Below the pieces are notes generated by a model. The model searched no databases and was not told the DNA's origin. It saw only the letters and a program-made list of their open reading frames with translations. Below are positions 60,842-64,000 of a stretch of DNA of 64,000 nt, in pieces. This DNA is from an uncultured Spirochaetota bacterium. Its GTDB lineage: Bacteria > Spirochaetota > Brevinematia > Brevinematales > JAOACQ01. The translations under genes and the position numbers were made by a program. How positions within the stretch are numbered: position 1 is the stretch's first letter; every line of letters starts with the position of its first letter. The DNA lies in the NCBI GenBank assembly GCA_963783575.1, contig CAWAOD010000013.1, forward strand, positions 64,001 to 128,000. The letters run 5' to 3'.

Positions 60842-63561
60842 TTATTTCAGGTTCTTTTTGATTTCGGATAAAAATGTGATTGCTTCTATAGGTGTGATCG
60901 AATTGATATCAAGATTTTTTATTTTATCAGCTAGGTTTTTATAAGGATCTTCGGGAAATAACTCAAGCTCCGAAGCCTTTTTCGGATTTGACTCTGTTCT
61001 CCCAAACTGCCTGTCGAAGGCGCTCTCTATCCTGTTTTTTGCCTGGTTCCCTCCTGTTTCCAGGGCTTCCAGAATTATTTTCGATCTTTCTATAATCTCT
61101 GAAGGAATACCCGCCAGCTTGGCCACATAAATACCGTAACTTTTGTCCGCAGGCCCCGCAATCACCTTCCTTAAAAAAACAAGCTCGTCATTATATTCTC
61201 TAACGGCTATATTATAATTTATGATCCCTTTCTTTTCACCCAGTTTTGTCAGTTCATGATAATGTGTGGCGAAAAGGGTTTTACCGCCCTTTTCAGGATG
61301 CTCGTGAAGGTATTCTATAACCGACCATGCAATTGAAAGCCCGTCGAATGTTGATGTGCCGCGCCCCAATTCGTCCATTATAATAAGGCTTCTTGAGGTC
61401 GAATTCCTCAAAATGTTAGCGGCCTCCTGCATCTCGACAAGGAAAGTTGACTGGCCCTGGGAAAGGTTGTCCGAAGCTCCGATCCTTGTAAAAATCTTAT
61501 CAATAATTCCGATCTTTGCTTTCCTTGCCGGGACAAAGCTGCCCATCTGGGCCATAACCGCAATCAGGGCATTCTGCCGTAAGTATGTCGATTTACCGGC
61601 CATATTCGGCCCGGTAAGTATCATAATACGATTATCGCCGTTGTCCAGGTTCACATCATTCGGGACGAAGAGATTATGCCCCAGGTATTTTTCAACTACC
61701 GGATGCCTTCCCTCAAGAACCTGAAAATCATCTTCCATATCTACAACGGGTTTTATATAATTATTTTCTTTTGCAGTTACGGCGAGGCAGGAGTAAACAT
61801 CTATCAGGGCGGTAAGTCCGGATATTTTCTGAAGGTTTGTCGTGAACTCGCCGATTTTCTCCAGAACATCGTTAAACAATTCCTCCTCAAGCTTCGCTAT
61901 CTTTTCACCGGCAGCCGAAATTTGCGCCTCATAATCCGACAATTCGGGAACCGTGTACCTTTCAGCGTTCACAAGACTCTGTTTGCGGATGTAATGTGAA
62001 GGGACACTCTCAATGTTCGCCTTGCTTACTTCAATAAAATAACCGAAAATGTTATTGTATTTTATTTTGAGAGATGAAATCCCGGTTTTCTCCCTTTCAA
62101 GGTTCTGAAGGCGGATAATCCAGTTTTTCCCTTCTTTAAGAACCTTCCTGTATTTATCCAGCTCCTCATGGTACCCTTCTCGGATAACCTCGCCGTTGAA
62201 AACCGTGGAAGGCTCATCATTTATCGCAAGATCGATTAAACCGGATACTGAAGGCAATTCCTCAATCTGTCCCGCAAGGACTTTCAATTCTCCATTCAAA
62301 ATAAGGAGATTTTTGAGCTCTATTGTTTTTTTTAGCGATATGGAAAGCGCAGGAAGGTCCTGGGAATAGCTTTTTTCAGCGCTATCCTTGCGGTAAGCCT
62401 GTCAAGATCGTTAATTCGCTTCAGGATTTCACGGGTATTTGCGGTAAGGATGGTATCGTCAAAAAAAGCCTCTGTGTAATTCTGTCTTTCGTAGATTTTT
62501 TTGCAGTCGCTTAATGGCATCACGATCCAGCGCCGCAGGAGCCTGCCACCCATCGGAGTTACGGTGGAATCCAGGATTTCAAGAAGTGTGAAGTTCCTGC
62601 CGCCATCCTGCATATTTTTTACAAGCTCAAGATTTTTGACTGTAAAATCATCCATTTCAACAACGGCGTTTTTGTTAAGGATCCTGATATTGGACAGAAC
62701 AAGATTTATCTTATTTATAAAATCCGGCGCGCCGATACCCTGGGTTTCGTAAAGATAATGAAAAGCCCCCAGGATTGATTTATAGGCCGGTTTATCGTCA
62801 TTAATTTCCACAGGCAGTTTTACGGCTTTACTTTCCAGAGAATTAATATAATCATCGTTAAAATACCACTCGGGATAGCTCCCTGTAAGTGTACCGGTTT
62901 TAGTCAACTCATTTATTATGGCTTTGTCTTCGGATAGTTTTTCATTATATATGATCTCCGACGGAAAAAACCCGGACAATTCGTCCTGAAGACTCCTGTA
63001 TTTATCCAGCGGGTCGGAAAACCACCCGGAGGTTAAGACATTAAAATCCCCTGTCGATATATCGATAAATGTGACCGCAAGGCTTGAAGCCGAGCCGTAA
63101 ACCGAGCAGAGATAATTATTCTTCTTTACATCGATGTAGTTATCGTCTATAACAGTACCGGGCGTTATCACATTCACAATATCACGCTTAACAAGTCCCT
63201 TTGCTTTTGATGGGTCTTCAAGCTGCTCGCAGACGGCCACCTTCTTTCCGGCGCTTATCAATTTAAAGATATAATGGTCGGCGGCATGGTAAGGAAACCC
63301 GGCCATAGGCATTTCATTGCGGGAGGTCAGCGTAATGTGAAGGATTGATACGGCTTCTTTAGCGTCCTCAAAGAACATTTCATAAAAGTCCCCAACCCTG
63401 AAGAGGAGAATTTTGTCGCGGTGCCGTGATTTTATCTCCTGGTACTGCCTGACCATGGGGGTTGAAGGAATTTGCGGGGCCGGTGTGATGCCGGTTTTTT
63501 CACCGGAATCTTCATTTCCCGGTTCTTTTATATCATTTTTTATTTCTTCATCATTTTGCAT
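60842..63561 (-). CDS. mutS: DNA mismatch repair protein MutS, one frameshift near 62359
   Basis: TPMVRQY, GDFYEMF, TPGT in the 5' ORF; TGPNMAGKSTY, STFLVEM, DELGRGTS, FATHYHEL in the 3' ORF. Confidence 0.93.
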
Positions 63562-63645
63562 TGATTATTACCCGGCCTTTTTTTGTAATAGATATTTTAT
63601 ATTCCCGGATAGAAAATAACAAAAAAGATGGAAAGCATTTTTCTT

Positions 63646-63832
63646 TTTCCCTGAAAAGCTGCTTCGAACAGATCTGCGGGCACACCAACGTCCTGTTGGC
63701 TCGTAAAAGTAACATTCTTTCCGGGGAAGTCTTACCAAAAGTTGGGGGACTCATCCCCTCTCGAAAAAAATATCTCAAAACAATTTAACAATGTCATGAG
63801 TGCGCCGATACTTTCAACAACGCCAATCTTGA
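63646..63832. ncRNA. Candidate structured RNA / leader element, family unassigned
   Basis: GC-rich multi-stem region in an AT-rich intergenic stretch. Confidence 0.3.
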
Positions 63833-63938
63833 CAGCAATGGAGAAATAACTGCGTTTGATATAGACTGGATATTAAAGCCAATTTAAAAAATTTATTTAA
63901 TGTTTATAGTACAATATTAAAATCCGGGAGGTTAGAAA

Positions 63939-64000
63939 ATGGATATTTTTGAAGCTGCTGAAAATGGCAATATTGCTTTTATTAAACATTTTCGAGGCGA
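63939..64000 (+). CDS. Probable ankyrin-repeat protein, 3'-truncated by the window edge
   Basis: GGAGG RBS then MDIFEAAENGNIAFIK. Confidence 0.5.
   Translation, partial: MDIFEAAENGNIAFIKHFRG

Noticed and set aside
63655..63680. SRP RNA (CAGATC...GAAGCAGC on the minus strand)
   Set aside because: No GNRA tetraloop, wrong spacing, and the motif is not at the apex of the rod
63725..63762. Fluoride riboswitch or hammerhead-like motif (GGGGATGAGTCCCC...GACTTC on the minus strand)
   Set aside because: Loop too short and no CUGAUG/CUAAUG element; no hammerhead CUGA core; mutS is an unlikely target
63551..63788. Overlapping 75-aa ORFs on both strands upstream of mutS
   Set aside because: No RBS or protein-like features; better explained as structured non-coding sequence

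Overview
AT-rich chromosomal window from an anaerobic, H2-metabolising bacterium. Gene style suggests Spirochaetota, possibly Brevinematales-like; this is inference only. 1-11 kb: a group 4a (Hyc/Hyf-type) membrane-bound [NiFe]-hydrogenase operon fronted by an unusual electron-input module, a degenerate FdhF/NuoG-like subunit plus AsrA/AsrB-like (sulfhydrogenase beta/gamma-like) subunits. Next come a hicBA cassette and an [FeFe]-hydrogenase maturation cluster, hydE-aspA-like-hydF (no hydG in the window). 15-38 kb: signalling-rich accessory region with MarR, two polytopic MCPs, leuB, a membrane-bound LuxR and its likely target, a phosphatase/acyltransferase pair, SDRs, a stand-alone Cache lipoprotein, an RsbU/W/V module, a hybrid kinase, a CxxCH-containing adenylate cyclase, a cytochrome c and hycI. 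38-49 kb: Hnd/HydABC-type bifurcating [FeFe]-hydrogenase, nfnAB, amtB-glnK. 49-64 kb: acyP, metW/metX, an FN3/CUB lipoprotein, an M6 protease with an internal membrane hairpin and lipobox, a V4R-like protein, an ECF sigma factor, a 7TM-PP2C and mutS. At least six single-base frameshifts (aspA x2, marR, hndB, metX, mutS) are most likely assembly errors. No rRNA, tRNA, CRISPR array or transposase was recognised.
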